Assembly (NCBI GenBank): GCA_014190275.1 | Contig: BJGE01000005.1 | Location: forward strand, 1-61,539 | Origin: Actinomycetes bacterium | GTDB lineage: Bacteria; Actinomycetota; Actinomycetes; S36-B12 | Direction: 5' to 3' | DNA length: 61,539 nucleotides | Translations under genes and position numbers: made by a program | Shown here: piece by piece, positions 1-10,070 of the stretch | Layout of the letters: each line of letters begins with the position of its first letter | Position numbering within the stretch: position 1 is the stretch's first letter | Notes under the pieces: generated by a model | The model's input: only the letters and a program-made list of their open reading frames with translations | The model's database searches: none | What the model was told of the DNA's origin: nothing

Positions 1-190
1 GCATCTTGGCGTCTTTAGGGTTCGCGTGGATATACCGCAAAGTATTTAAAACCCGCCGGTGATCAGATACCGGAAACGATGAAGACCCATAGCGGGCCTC
101 CCAAAAATGGCCCTTACGTTTAAGGATTTCATGACCGCAAAAATTAGCCTCCCTGGGCCGATTGACCCCAATCGCCTCCGAGACCATCAT
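1..190 (-). pseudogene. Fragment of a Y1 (IS200/RAYT-like) HUH transposase; lacks the N-terminal part and runs off the window edge
   Basis: My minus-strand translation from ATG 190 is MMVSEAIGVNRPREANFCGHEILKRKGHFWEARYGSSSFPVSDHRRVLNTLRYIHANPKDAKM. GHFWE.RY and LRYIH.NP are hallmark Y1_Tnp/RAYT motifs. There is an in-frame stop shortly upstream and no HUH motif. Not in the ORF track. Confidence 0.75.
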
Positions 191-300
191 GACCACACCA
201 GCACGTCAGGCTGCGTGACCGAAACCGTCACCTGATCTTTCAGCAGACCCCTTTGATGGTTGGCGAATGGCGAGGAAGGAGCGCGCCTACACTCAGCGAT

Positions 301-1656
301 GTGTCAAACGAACAGGGTGCATCTTTTCGATTCCCGACCTTACTGGCGGATCTAGCGGGCCGGTGGCCCGAGAACCACATTGAACCTTCACTAACCCGGA
401 TAGCATCTGTAGTTGAACTTCTTGGTGACCCGCAACGTACCTACCCGGTAATCCATGTCACTGGCACCAACGGCAAGACCTCGACCGCCCGGATGATAGA
501 AGCCTTACTTCGAGCGTTGGGCCTTCGAACCGGGCTGTTCACCTCACCGCACCTTCTCGACCCGCGTGAGCGCATCTGCTTCGACGGGCAGTCGATCTCA
601 GCCGGGCGGTTCTTGCGCACCTGGGATGACATCTGTCCATTCGTGGAGTTAGTTGATGCCCGCTCGGTTGCCGATGGCGGCATCCCACTTTCGTTTTTCG
701 AAGTGATGACCGCCATGGCTTTCGCGGCGTTCGCTGATGCTCCGGTCGATGTCGCGATCGTCGAAGTTGGCATGGGGGGCACCTGGGATGCAACCAATGT
801 TGCAGATGGCATGGTCGCGGTCGTCACACCTATCGGCATCGACCACGTTGAGTATCTTGGTGAAACTATCGGGATGATCGCCCGCGAGAAGGCAGGCATC
901 ATCAAGGCTGATGCCTTCGCGGTTCTAGCTCATCAAGAACTTGATGCGGCCGAGGTGTTGGTGGCGCGAAGTGTCGAGGTGAACGCCACGGTGGCTCGGG
1001 AGGGCTTGGAGTTCGGGGTGTTGAGTCGTGGGGTGGCTGTTGGCGGTCAAGTGGTGACTTTGAAGGGTCTGCGGGCCGAGTACGAAGATATTTACCTGCC
1101 ATTGTTCGGAGAGCACCAGGGTGCCAACGCCGCTGTTGCTCTAGCCGCGGTCGAGGCATTCATCGGCGGCGGTAATGAAGAGTTGGACATCGAAGTCGTG
1201 CGCGAAGGCTTTGCCTTGGTTACTTCACCGGGTCGTCTTGAAATAGTGCGCCGCAAGCCAACGGTGATCTTGGATGCAGCACACAACCCGCATGGTGCCC
1301 GCGCCTTGGCAAAGACCATGGCGGAGTCATTTGACTTCGCTCAACTCTTCGCAGTGGTGGGGGTAATGGGCGACAAGGATGCGGCTGGAGTGCTGGCCGC
1401 ACTTGAGCCGGTTGTCGACCGGGTCATCGTCACCGAGTCAACATCTGGTCGGGCGATGCCAATTGGTGCGCTGGCCGAGATTGCCCGCTCGATATTTGGT
1501 GCCGACCGGGTCTGGGCCGAACCGGCGTTGTTGGCAGCGGTCGACCGGGCCTTTGCCTTGGCGGAGGAGTCCGGTGAGTTTGGGGGAGTCGGAGTGCTCG
1601 TAACCGGTTCGGTGGCTCTTATCGGCGATGCCAAGCGCATGTACTCGGGGAATTGA
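301..1656 (+). CDS. folC: Bifunctional folylpolyglutamate synthase/dihydrofolate synthase
   Basis: IHVTGTNGKTST P-loop, FTSPHL, EVGMGG, DAAHNP, TGS. Start moved to GTG 301, 7 nt after TACACT. Confidence 0.95.
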   Translation: MSNEQGASFRFPTLLADLAGRWPENHIEPSLTRIASVVELLGDPQRTYPVIHVTGTNGKTSTARMIEALLRALGLRTGLFTSPHLLDPRERICFDGQSISAGRFLRTWDDICPFVELVDARSVADGGIPLSFFEVMTAMAFAAFADAPVDVAIVEVGMGGTWDATNVADGMVAVVTPIGIDHVEYLGETIGMIAREKAGIIKADAFAVLAHQELDAAEVLVARSVEVNATVAREGLEFGVLSRGVAVGGQVVTLKGLRAEYEDIYLPLFGEHQGANAAVALAAVEAFIGGGNEELDIEVVREGFALVTSPGRLEIVRRKPTVILDAAHNPHGARALAKTMAESFDFAQLFAVVGVMGDKDAAGVLAALEPVVDRVIVTESTSGRAMPIGALAEIARSIFGADRVWAEPALLAAVDRAFALAEESGEFGGVGVLVTGSVALIGDAKRMYSGN

Positions 1657-1660
1657 TGCA

Positions 1661-2011
1661 ATGAAGGTTTTGGGTTCTGCGGTCCTTGCGATAGAGGCGA
1701 TTATTGTGCTACTCGCCATCCCGGTGGCGGCGACCAACGGCTCGGTTGCCAATCCGGGGCTCGCGATTGGGATCGGAGCGGGACTCGCGCTCTTGCTGCT
1801 GCTGGCGATCGGCACCTTGCGCCGACCCTGGGGGGTGGGTGTCGGCTGGGCATTGCAGGTTGCCGTACTGGCCCTGGGCCTACTTGTTTCGCTGATGTTC
1901 ATCGTGGGTGCCATCTTCGCGATCCTGTGGTTCTTCGCGATTCGAAATGGCCGCCGGGTGGATCAACTTCGAGCTGAGCGCGCTGCGGAGCCAGACGAGC
2001 CGACTGGCTAG
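1661..2011 (+). CDS. DUF4233-like small membrane protein
   Basis: About 4 hydrophobic segments, GWALQ; usual position between folC and ndk in actinobacteria; start taken at ATG 1661. Confidence 0.8.
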   Translation: MKVLGSAVLAIEAIIVLLAIPVAATNGSVANPGLAIGIGAGLALLLLLAIGTLRRPWGVGVGWALQVAVLALGLLVSLMFIVGAIFAILWFFAIRNGRRVDQLRAERAAEPDEPTG

Positions 2012-2061
2012 AATCTGGGTTAGCCATTACCGACGCTAACGATTAATTAAGGAGTTTCACC

Positions 2062-2469
2062 GTGTCCGAGCGCACCCTTGTCTTGATCAAACCCGATGGC
2101 GTGGCCCGCGGCCTGGTTGGTGAGGTCCTCGGACGCATCGAGCGCAAGGGTTTCAAGATCATTGCTTTAGAAATGCGCACCCTGCCAGTGGCGCTCGCGC
2201 AGGAGCACTATGGCGAGCACGCCGATAAGCCGTTCTTCGCGGATCTGGTTGGTTTCATCACCAGCGCACCCCTTGTTGCTGCCGTAATTGAAGGCCCGTC
2301 CGCGATCTTGTCGTGGCGCGCGATGATGGGTGCGACCAATCCCGCGAACTCCGCACCGGGCACCATCCGCGGTGACCTCGCCACCGAGACGCAGCTAAAT
2401 GTCACGCACGGATCTGACTCGCCTGAATCAGCAGTGCGTGAAATCCAACTCTTCTTTCCAGGCTTGTAG
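2062..2469 (+). CDS. ndk: Nucleoside-diphosphate kinase
   Basis: [23 protein letters not shown] catalytic His; AAGGAG RBS. Confidence 0.97.
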   Translation: MSERTLVLIKPDGVARGLVGEVLGRIERKGFKIIALEMRTLPVALAQEHYGEHADKPFFADLVGFITSAPLVAAVIEGPSAILSWRAMMGATNPANSAPGTIRGDLATETQLNVTHGSDSPESAVREIQLFFPGL

Positions 2470-2473
2470 CTAA

Positions 2474-3862
2474 ATGCTGTCCACGGCCTTAGGTGCAGCG
2501 GCCGGCATCAGCGTTGGCGGTGCGGTCGCCGCTGGTTCGCGCGCGCCGACCCTAGTGCCGTGGCCGGTGAAAGTCCGCACCGCGTTCCCATTTGCGGTCG
2601 GTGGTCTAGCTGGAGTTGCAGTGGCACTGCCGGTGGCGCTGGGCTCGGCACTGGCTCTGGCGGCAATGGGGCGCGGACGCTTGCCAATCAAGTCCGTCGC
2701 CGGAGGTCTGGGGCTGGTTGGCGTCGCGTTGGTGGCCGGAGTTGTTGGCCGTGGTCAGGTTAAGAGGAAGCTCACGCCGCAGGGCCGCGATCTGGACCCG
2801 GCTTACGCCAACCCACCGCTTAATCCGCTGGTGTCTGGCAGCGCGCAATCGGCGGTGACGATGGCCGAGCTGGGCCGTGAGGGCGCGCGTTTCGTCGGGT
2901 CGGTAACCGGCGCCGACGACATTCGTGCAGTAACCGGTTTGGATCCCGTGGCCGAGCCGGTGCGGGTTTTCATCGGGGTTGAGGCAGCGCCCACGGTCGA
3001 GCAGCGGGTAGGGCTGGCGATGTCAGAGCTGCGCCGCACGGGTGCCTTCGATCGCAGTCACCTACTTATTCAGGCGCCAGCAGGTACCGGATTCGCGAAC
3101 TCAACCCCGGTCGACATCCTTGAGATTCTCACCAAGGGCGACTGCTCATCGGTGGCGATTGGTTATGGGCTGCTGCCGTCCTTTTTATCCCTTGGCAAAG
3201 TCCCGATTGCGGCGCAGACCCAAAAGCTCTTGCTTGACTCCATCCGCGACGAGATGAAAACACGCACCAAGCCGCCGCGGCTTTTACTGTATGGCGAGAG
3301 TCTGGGTGCGAAAGTGCAAGAGGCCGCCGTCCCTGGTGGGCCAATTGACCTTGATCACTACAACATTGCGGCCGCCCTTTGGGTGGGTACTCCGGGTGGC
3401 CAAGTGGCCGATAGTTTCCATGCGTTGTGCGTGCAGGAGTCGATCACTGTGGATCGTCCCGAGGAAATCCCTGCGGTGCTGCCTAACCCGCGGCCGCGAG
3501 TTTGGTTCTTGGAGCACGATGGAGATCCGGTGGTGCGTTTTCGACCTGAGTTGATAACGAATCGGCCAGGTTGGCTGCCCCGAGACGGCAGCCGCGGGCG
3601 CAATATTCCGGGCTCGATGTCTTGGCGCCGGGGGATCACGTACTGTCAGGTGTTGGTCGACACCTTGTTCGCAACTAATGTGAAACCGGGTGATTTCCAG
3701 AGCCTGGGCCACGATTACCGGGCGGACTTGGGAGCGGTGACCGCCGCCGCCTACGACTTAACGGCCGATGTCGCTATCGCATCTCGACTTGAGACCCACC
3801 TGCGGGCGCTCGAAAAGACGAAAGCCGAGTTAATCGCCCAACCAGCCCCGGCCGCCAACTAA
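2474..3862 (+). CDS. Membrane-anchored alpha/beta hydrolase (Abhydrolase_9-like)
   Basis: N-terminal hydrophobic helices, LGREG.RFV, P.GTG, YGESLG nucleophile elbow, DPV, GHDY. Confidence 0.75.
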   Translation: MLSTALGAAAGISVGGAVAAGSRAPTLVPWPVKVRTAFPFAVGGLAGVAVALPVALGSALALAAMGRGRLPIKSVAGGLGLVGVALVAGVVGRGQVKRKLTPQGRDLDPAYANPPLNPLVSGSAQSAVTMAELGREGARFVGSVTGADDIRAVTGLDPVAEPVRVFIGVEAAPTVEQRVGLAMSELRRTGAFDRSHLLIQAPAGTGFANSTPVDILEILTKGDCSSVAIGYGLLPSFLSLGKVPIAAQTQKLLLDSIRDEMKTRTKPPRLLLYGESLGAKVQEAAVPGGPIDLDHYNIAAALWVGTPGGQVADSFHALCVQESITVDRPEEIPAVLPNPRPRVWFLEHDGDPVVRFRPELITNRPGWLPRDGSRGRNIPGSMSWRRGITYCQVLVDTLFATNVKPGDFQSLGHDYRADLGAVTAAAYDLTADVAIASRLETHLRALEKTKAELIAQPAPAAN

Positions 3863-3964
3863 ACCGGACATTTCGGGCGCACTCCCGGTCCGTCGTAAGA
3901 TAGGGGGTTAGGCGGAAAAGTTTCTAGCCGTTCATGATCTCGACAGGAAGGCGGACACTTCCCC

Positions 3965-4996
3965 GTGGCTTCGTCATCATCCATCGTGGGGCGCGACATG
4001 GCCGTCGACCTCGGTACCGCTAACACCCTTGTTTATGTGCGCGGGCGGGGGATTGTCTTAAATGAGCCCTCGGTGGTGGCTATAAACAGCAATACCGGTG
4101 GCATTTTAGCGGTGGGAGCCGAAGCCAAGCGCATGATCGGGCGCACGCCGGGCAACATCATCGCGATTCGTCCACTGAAGGACGGTGTCATTGCCGATTT
4201 CGACACCACCGAACGGATGCTCCGCTACTTCATCCAAAAAGTGCATCGGCGCCGGTACCTAGCTAAGCCACGCTTGATCATTTGCGTACCGTCGGGGATC
4301 ACGGGTGTCGAGCAGCGAGCAGTTAAAGACGCAGGGTATGCCGCTGGAGCGCGAAAGGTGTTCATCATCGAAGAGCCGATGGCCGCGGCGATAGGCGCCA
4401 ACTTGCCGGTACATGAACCCACCGGCAACATGGTGGTCGATATCGGCGGTGGCACTTCGGAAGTCGCCGTGATCTCCCTAGGCGGCGTAGTCACGAGCCT
4501 TTCGATTCGTGTTGGCGGCGACGAACTCGATAATTCGATCATTGCTTTTGTCAAGAAGGAATACTCCTTGATGCTGGGTGAGCGCACCGCGGAGGAGATC
4601 AAGATGGCAATCGGGTCGGCATTCCCGCTGCCTGATGAGCCACAGGCCGAGATTCGGGGCCGAGATCTGGTCAGTGGTCTGCCGCGCACAATCGTGGTGA
4701 CCGCCGAGGAAATCCGCCGGGCGATGGATGAGCCGGTAAATGCGATCATCACTGCGGTCAAGGCAACCTTGGATCGCACTCCACCCGAACTCTCCGGTGA
4801 CATCATGGATCGCGGCATCGTTCTAACCGGCGGCGGCGCCTTGCTTCGCGGCCTTGATGAGCGGCTACGCCATGAAACCGGGATGCCGATAATTACCGCC
4901 GACCGTCCGCTCGAATGCGTTGTCCTGGGTTCAGGCAAGTGCGTCGAGGAATTTGATGCACTGAAACAGGTGCTGATCGCCGAGCCGCGGCGGTAA
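3965..4996 (+). CDS. mreB: Rod shape-determining protein MreB
   Basis: [28 protein letters not shown] actin-like motifs. Confidence 0.97.
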   Translation: MASSSSIVGRDMAVDLGTANTLVYVRGRGIVLNEPSVVAINSNTGGILAVGAEAKRMIGRTPGNIIAIRPLKDGVIADFDTTERMLRYFIQKVHRRRYLAKPRLIICVPSGITGVEQRAVKDAGYAAGARKVFIIEEPMAAAIGANLPVHEPTGNMVVDIGGGTSEVAVISLGGVVTSLSIRVGGDELDNSIIAFVKKEYSLMLGERTAEEIKMAIGSAFPLPDEPQAEIRGRDLVSGLPRTIVVTAEEIRRAMDEPVNAIITAVKATLDRTPPELSGDIMDRGIVLTGGGALLRGLDERLRHETGMPIITADRPLECVVLGSGKCVEEFDALKQVLIAEPRR

Positions 4997-5041
4997 ATCG
5001 GTTAGCGCGCCCGAGGGGCGCCAGACCGTGGAAGCCCACTC

Positions 5042-6064
5042 ATGCTGAATCAACGCACTCGCATAATTCTCACGTTCTTAGTTATCATCGCGATGACATT
5101 TACTATTTTCGATCTGCGTGGAGGTAAGGGTCCCTTTTCGAGTGTGCGGTCGGTATTAAGCAGTGCATTGGGAGGTGTGCAGGTCGCCACTTCGGTGATC
5201 GTGTCTCCGATTACTGGAATTGGTAGTTGGTGGGGCACCTGGGGTGACCAACGGGCACGTATTGCGGAGCTCGAATCCCAAAATGCCACCTTGCAAGATA
5301 CGGCGATTCGCTCGGCAGAAGATCGGGCTCGGGCCGATGCACTTGATCAACTGCTCCGAGTGGCCGGGGTTGGTCGTTATCGAATCGTGCCGGCAGAGGT
5401 CATCGCCGTTGAAGCGGCACAGGATTTCACTTGGACGGTCACAATTGATGCTGGCCGAAATGACGGATTATTGACCGATATGACGGTGCTTAACGGGCAA
5501 GGTTTGATCGGCCGGATTCTGAGCACCACGAGGACAACAGCCACCGTGGTACTTATTGTTGATGCGTCTTCGGCGGTTGGTGCTCGGGTGGCTGGCACCG
5601 AGGAGATCGGTATTTTGTCGGGCACCGGGCGGCAAGATTCACTGGAGTTTCAATCCCTTGATCCGCTCGCTGACATTGCCCCGGGCCAAGCCCTTGTCAC
5701 TTTCGGCTCACGCAGCGGACGACCGTACGCGCCGGGTATTCCGATTGGCGAAGTTGTTGAAGTTAGTGGTACCGCGGGTCAATTAACCCGTATCGCGACC
5801 ATAAGGCCATTTGCTGATGTGTCCGCATTGTCCATAGTTGGCGTTGTAATTCGGCCACCCCGGGAAGATCCACGCGATTCGGTTCTGCCCAGCCCAGCGG
5901 CGACACCTAGTGGGCCATCGGACCTGGCATCACCATCACCGGCTCCCGTTGATGATGGCGCCAGCGCGGCGGCCACCGCGACTGCGAAGCCACAGAAGGA
6001 AAAGGCAGCGAAGCCCGTACCAAGTTCATCAGCAAGAGCAGCGACGAACTCCGGAAGCAACTAA
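5042..6064 (+). CDS. mreC: Rod shape-determining protein MreC
   Basis: N-terminal TM, coiled coil, TIDAG..DG, GIPIG.V; follows mreB; low-complexity Pro/Ala/Ser tail. Confidence 0.9.
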   Translation: MLNQRTRIILTFLVIIAMTFTIFDLRGGKGPFSSVRSVLSSALGGVQVATSVIVSPITGIGSWWGTWGDQRARIAELESQNATLQDTAIRSAEDRARADALDQLLRVAGVGRYRIVPAEVIAVEAAQDFTWTVTIDAGRNDGLLTDMTVLNGQGLIGRILSTTRTTATVVLIVDASSAVGARVAGTEEIGILSGTGRQDSLEFQSLDPLADIAPGQALVTFGSRSGRPYAPGIPIGEVVEVSGTAGQLTRIATIRPFADVSALSIVGVVIRPPREDPRDSVLPSPAATPSGPSDLASPSPAPVDDGASAAATATAKPQKEKAAKPVPSSSARAATNSGSN

Positions 6065-6066
6065 CC

Positions 6067-6576
6067 ATGTGGATGCGGCAGTCGACTCTTTGCGCCAGCA
6101 TCATCGTCTTGGCGGTGATGGTGCAACTGACCTTGTTGTCGCGCTTGGGATTGCCAGGTGCCACCCCAGACTTGGTGGTGGTTTCGGTGGTGGCACTCGC
6201 CTTGGCATACGGGCCGGTCGCTGGTGCGGTGGTCGGATTCGTTGCCGGCCTGGTATTGGGTTTTACCCCTCCGGCCGGTGGCCTCATTGGCATCCAAGCC
6301 TTAATTTTTCTGGTGATCGGTTTCTTGACCGGTGGTGTGATCGACCCGAGGGACCGCACCGTACCGATTTTGGTGGGCATGGTCGGACTCAGTGCCGGTG
6401 GTGCGGCCCTGGCTTATGCGCTACTCCTCGCGGCGTTTGGTACCGACCAAGTTATCTGGGATGAAGTGCCGAAACTGGTGCTGACAAGCAGTCTCTACGG
6501 GTTGATTTTGGCCCCCATAGTGGTACCCGCGGTGGCTTGGTTGGTGCGAAAAATCACTCCAGAGACAGCCCTCTAG
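6067..6576 (+). CDS. mreD: Rod shape-determining protein MreD
   Basis: Highly hydrophobic, PDL motif, follows mreC. Confidence 0.88.
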   Translation: MWMRQSTLCASIIVLAVMVQLTLLSRLGLPGATPDLVVVSVVALALAYGPVAGAVVGFVAGLVLGFTPPAGGLIGIQALIFLVIGFLTGGVIDPRDRTVPILVGMVGLSAGGAALAYALLLAAFGTDQVIWDEVPKLVLTSSLYGLILAPIVVPAVAWLVRKITPETAL

Positions 6577-6661
6577 AGAGTGATCGGGGAACCGAAATTG
6601 GGTGCTAGGCGTCATACCGTCAGACCGGAGTTATGGCAGTTTTTAAAGGAGGAAGGCACGC

Positions 6662-8809
6662 ATGGGTGAACGCTCGAACCTGCGACTGGTCATCCTCAGC
6701 GTGCTAGTAATCTCGTTGATGGCCACCTTGCTGGTGCGGCTGTTCTACCTGCAGGTGTTAACCGGCGAAGAGTACCGGGCTGCCGCACAGAGCAATACTG
6801 TTCGTGAATTAGCGACACCTGCGGTTCGCGGGCTGATCTTGGATCAGGCCGGGCGCCCACTTGTTGCCAACCGCACCTCGTTGGTGGTAACTGTTGACCG
6901 GGTTGCCCTGCAGCGCGAAGTGGATGACGGCGCTGCGGTGATCGCGCGACTCGCACAAATTCTTGATGTCCTTCCGTCAAGTATCACCGATCGCCTGATG
7001 ACATGTGGCGCCGAAGGTGCGAAATCGCCACCTATTTGCTGGAACGGTTCGCCATATCAGCCAATCCCGATTGCCCGTGATGTTGATGCACAAACTGCGC
7101 TGTCGATTATGGAAAGTCGAGTTAATTTCCCCGGTGTGACAGCGGGTCTGGAAGCGATCCGCACCTATCCAGCGCCATTTGATGTTAACGCGGCACATCT
7201 ACTCGGGTACCTTGGACCGGTCAGTGAGGCGGCGCTAGCGGAGCAGGGCGATTCGACCTCGTACGACAGATTGCGACGCACTGATGTTGTCGGGCGCTCG
7301 GGTCTTGAATCCTCGTACGACGAGGCTATCCGCGGTAAGCCCGCGGTTACCACCCTTGAAGTCGATACCACCGGTCGTGTTACCAAGACTTTGGAGGAGA
7401 AACCGGCGGTTGCTGGTGACTACCTAGTCTCGACAATCGATGCCAACCTCCAACATGTAGTTGAGCAGCAATTGGTTGCCGCCGTGCACCGGGCGCAAGC
7501 CCAAGGTTACCCGGGTGATTCTGGCGCGGCCGTAGTTGTCGATGTGCGCAATGGTCACATCTTGGCCATGGCAAGTTACCCAACTTATGACCCGGAAATT
7601 TGGGTGGGAGGCGTTACTGCAAAGCAATACCAAGATTTAATCGATAGCGACGCCCTGTCATCCAGCGCGATTCAAGGGTTATTTGCCCCGGGCTCCACCT
7701 ACAAGGTGATCAGCACGGTTGCGGCCGCTCGGGAGGGCTTTAGTTTGTACAGCAAGTACCAATGCCCGAATCAGATAAAGCTCGGGACCCAAACATTTCG
7801 GAATTTCGAATCTGCGGGATACGGTCCAATCACTTTGAAGCGCGCGATTGAGGTGTCATGCAACACCGTGTTTTATGGCATCGCTGACAAAATGTGGAAT
7901 GATGCCGGTGGTAATGATGCCAATAGGAACTCACCCGATCCAATTGCGGAAACCGCAAAGTTGTTCGGCTTGAATTCGAAAACCGGTGTTGATTTACCTG
8001 GTGAAGCGACCGGGCGGGTTTCGAGTCGCACATTCAAAGTCGCTAACTGGGAACAAAAACGCGACACCTGGTGCGCAAATGCGATCTCAGGTTATCCGGA
8101 AACCCGTAAGACGAACCCTCAGCAGGCCGACTACTTCACCGCACTTGATCGCGAAAATTGTGCGGATGGATTCAGGTGGCGCGAAGGAGACGCTTTGAAC
8201 GCTGCTATCGGCCAAGGAGATACAGCCGTGACACCATTGCAGATGGCCATGACCTACTCGGCCATTGCCAACGGTGGCACCTTGTACAAACCGCAGTTGG
8301 TCAAGGCAATCATCGGAGTCGATGGCGAAGTGGTGAAGGAGATCGATCCGGTAGTAACAAACCGGGTGGAGGTCTCTCGAACGGCAATTAATTTCCTCAC
8401 CTCCGCGCTGCAGGGCGTAACAACCAATGGCTCGGGTGAAACACCATTTGCTGGGTTCCCGTTGGACCAGATCCCGGTTGCTTCGAAGACGGGTTCCGCC
8501 CAGGTAACGGGTAACAAAGTCGCGACCTCGTGGTTCGCATCCTTTGCGCCGGCCAATAAGCCCAGGTACGCGGTGGTGATGATGGTGACCCAAGGAGGCA
8601 CGGGTTCTAAGACATCCGGTCCGAGTGTGCGCAAGATCTACGAGAGTATTTTCGGGGTCACCGGCAGCAGGGTTAACCCGGCCAACAGCGTGCTGGTTGG
8701 CGGTGCCCCGCTGAAGAAATTGCCCACGGTGCGTCCAGATGGCACCCCCGTGGCACCAAGGGGCAAGATGTCAGGGCAAAGTTCTACGGCGCAGGGGGAT
8801 AGCGGATGA
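6662..8809 (+). CDS. mrdA: Penicillin-binding protein 2 (class B transpeptidase)
   Basis: N-terminal TM, RG.I.D, PGSTYK (SxxK), SCN (SxN), KTG; GGAGG RBS. Confidence 0.93.
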   Translation: MGERSNLRLVILSVLVISLMATLLVRLFYLQVLTGEEYRAAAQSNTVRELATPAVRGLILDQAGRPLVANRTSLVVTVDRVALQREVDDGAAVIARLAQILDVLPSSITDRLMTCGAEGAKSPPICWNGSPYQPIPIARDVDAQTALSIMESRVNFPGVTAGLEAIRTYPAPFDVNAAHLLGYLGPVSEAALAEQGDSTSYDRLRRTDVVGRSGLESSYDEAIRGKPAVTTLEVDTTGRVTKTLEEKPAVAGDYLVSTIDANLQHVVEQQLVAAVHRAQAQGYPGDSGAAVVVDVRNGHILAMASYPTYDPEIWVGGVTAKQYQDLIDSDALSSSAIQGLFAPGSTYKVISTVAAAREGFSLYSKYQCPNQIKLGTQTFRNFESAGYGPITLKRAIEVSCNTVFYGIADKMWNDAGGNDANRNSPDPIAETAKLFGLNSKTGVDLPGEATGRVSSRTFKVANWEQKRDTWCANAISGYPETRKTNPQQADYFTALDRENCADGFRWREGDALNAAIGQGDTAVTPLQMAMTYSAIANGGTLYKPQLVKAIIGVDGEVVKEIDPVVTNRVEVSRTAINFLTSALQGVTTNGSGETPFAGFPLDQIPVASKTGSAQVTGNKVATSWFASFAPANKPRYAVVMMVTQGGTGSKTSGPSVRKIYESIFGVTGSRVNPANSVLVGGAPLKKLPTVRPDGTPVAPRGKMSGQSSTAQGDSG

Positions 8810-9993
8810 GCGCATTTTCGGCAACCGACTCCATCCCACGGCCACCGTCGGCGCAAAGGTCCCGCGGTAGTGCATATTGGCGAGATCTTGACTGGCTGCT
8901 ATTTGTCGCGGCCGTTGGTATAACAATTTTCGGTGCGGTGCTGGTTTGGTCGGCGAGTCGGGCTGACATGGCCACGGTTAATGACTCTCAGTCGTATTTG
9001 AAGCGGCACCTGATAAACGTTGTGATTGCCTTGGTCTTGGGTTTCTTCGTATCGCGTCTTGGCTACCGCTGGCTTCGCGCCTATACGCCAATAATCTATA
9101 TCGCCTCAGTGTTGCTGCTGCTGGTTGTCTTCATCCCCGGTTTAGGTACTTCTATTGCTGGGGCGCGCGCTTGGATTGATCTACCCTTGGGATTTACCAT
9201 CCAGCCATCGGAGTTTGCCAAGATCGCAATTATCATCATGATGGCGGCGATACTTGCGGAGAAACGAGACTTCGAAAGTGAGCCCCATGATCGTGATGTG
9301 CTCGTGTCGGTTGGTGTTGCGGTACTACCGATTCTCATTATCTTGGTGCAGAACGACACCGGCACGGTACTGATTTTGGGATCGGTGGCACTTTCGGTCA
9401 TCGCGGTGTCAGGGGCTCGGCGCCGTTGGCTTATTGGCTTGATCGGCGGTGCCGTCATTGGTATTTTATTGGCCGTCCAGTTAGGCCTAATGCAGTCCTA
9501 TCAAGTCTCACGGTTAACTTCATTTCTTAATCCAACGGGTGCACCCGGCGACGCTACCTATAACTCAACTCAGGCACGTATCGCTATCGGCGGTGGCGGC
9601 TGGACAGGTTATGGGCTTTTTGAAGGGCCGCAGACTCAAGGCAAGTTTGTTCCGGTCAACGAAAGTGACTTCATTTTCACCGTGATTGGCGAAGAACTCG
9701 GTTTCATTGGCGCAGCGTTACTGATTCTTTTAATTTGTATAATTTTGTGGCGGGCAATGAGAATCGCAATGAAGGCAGACGATCTCTATGGACGCTTGAT
9801 CGCAACCGGAGTGGTCGCGTGGTTGGCATTTCAGACTTTTGAAAATATCGGCATGACCTTGGGTATTATGCCGATCACTGGCATCCCGCTGCCCTTAGTA
9901 TCGGCGGGCGGTACGTCGATGATGTCGACCTGGATTGCAATTGGCTTGCTGGAAAACGTGCGGCTGCATTCGACACGTTCCTCACTTACCTAG
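8806..9993 (+). CDS. rodA: SEDS family protein RodA
   Basis: Multi-TM, IQPSEFAK, DFIF.VIGEE.G, P.TGIPLP.VS.GG; 4-nt overlap with mrdA. Confidence 0.93.
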   Translation: MSAFSATDSIPRPPSAQRSRGSAYWRDLDWLLFVAAVGITIFGAVLVWSASRADMATVNDSQSYLKRHLINVVIALVLGFFVSRLGYRWLRAYTPIIYIASVLLLLVVFIPGLGTSIAGARAWIDLPLGFTIQPSEFAKIAIIIMMAAILAEKRDFESEPHDRDVLVSVGVAVLPILIILVQNDTGTVLILGSVALSVIAVSGARRRWLIGLIGGAVIGILLAVQLGLMQSYQVSRLTSFLNPTGAPGDATYNSTQARIAIGGGGWTGYGLFEGPQTQGKFVPVNESDFIFTVIGEELGFIGAALLILLICIILWRAMRIAMKADDLYGRLIATGVVAWLAFQTFENIGMTLGIMPITGIPLPLVSAGGTSMMSTWIAIGLLENVRLHSTRSSLT

Positions 9994-10070
9994 CTCCGGC
10001 TCAGCAGGCCAGATTGCGAGGAACACAGGGCGGAAGACGGGATCTGGTGTCCGCGGGTAGCCTTGGCCGT

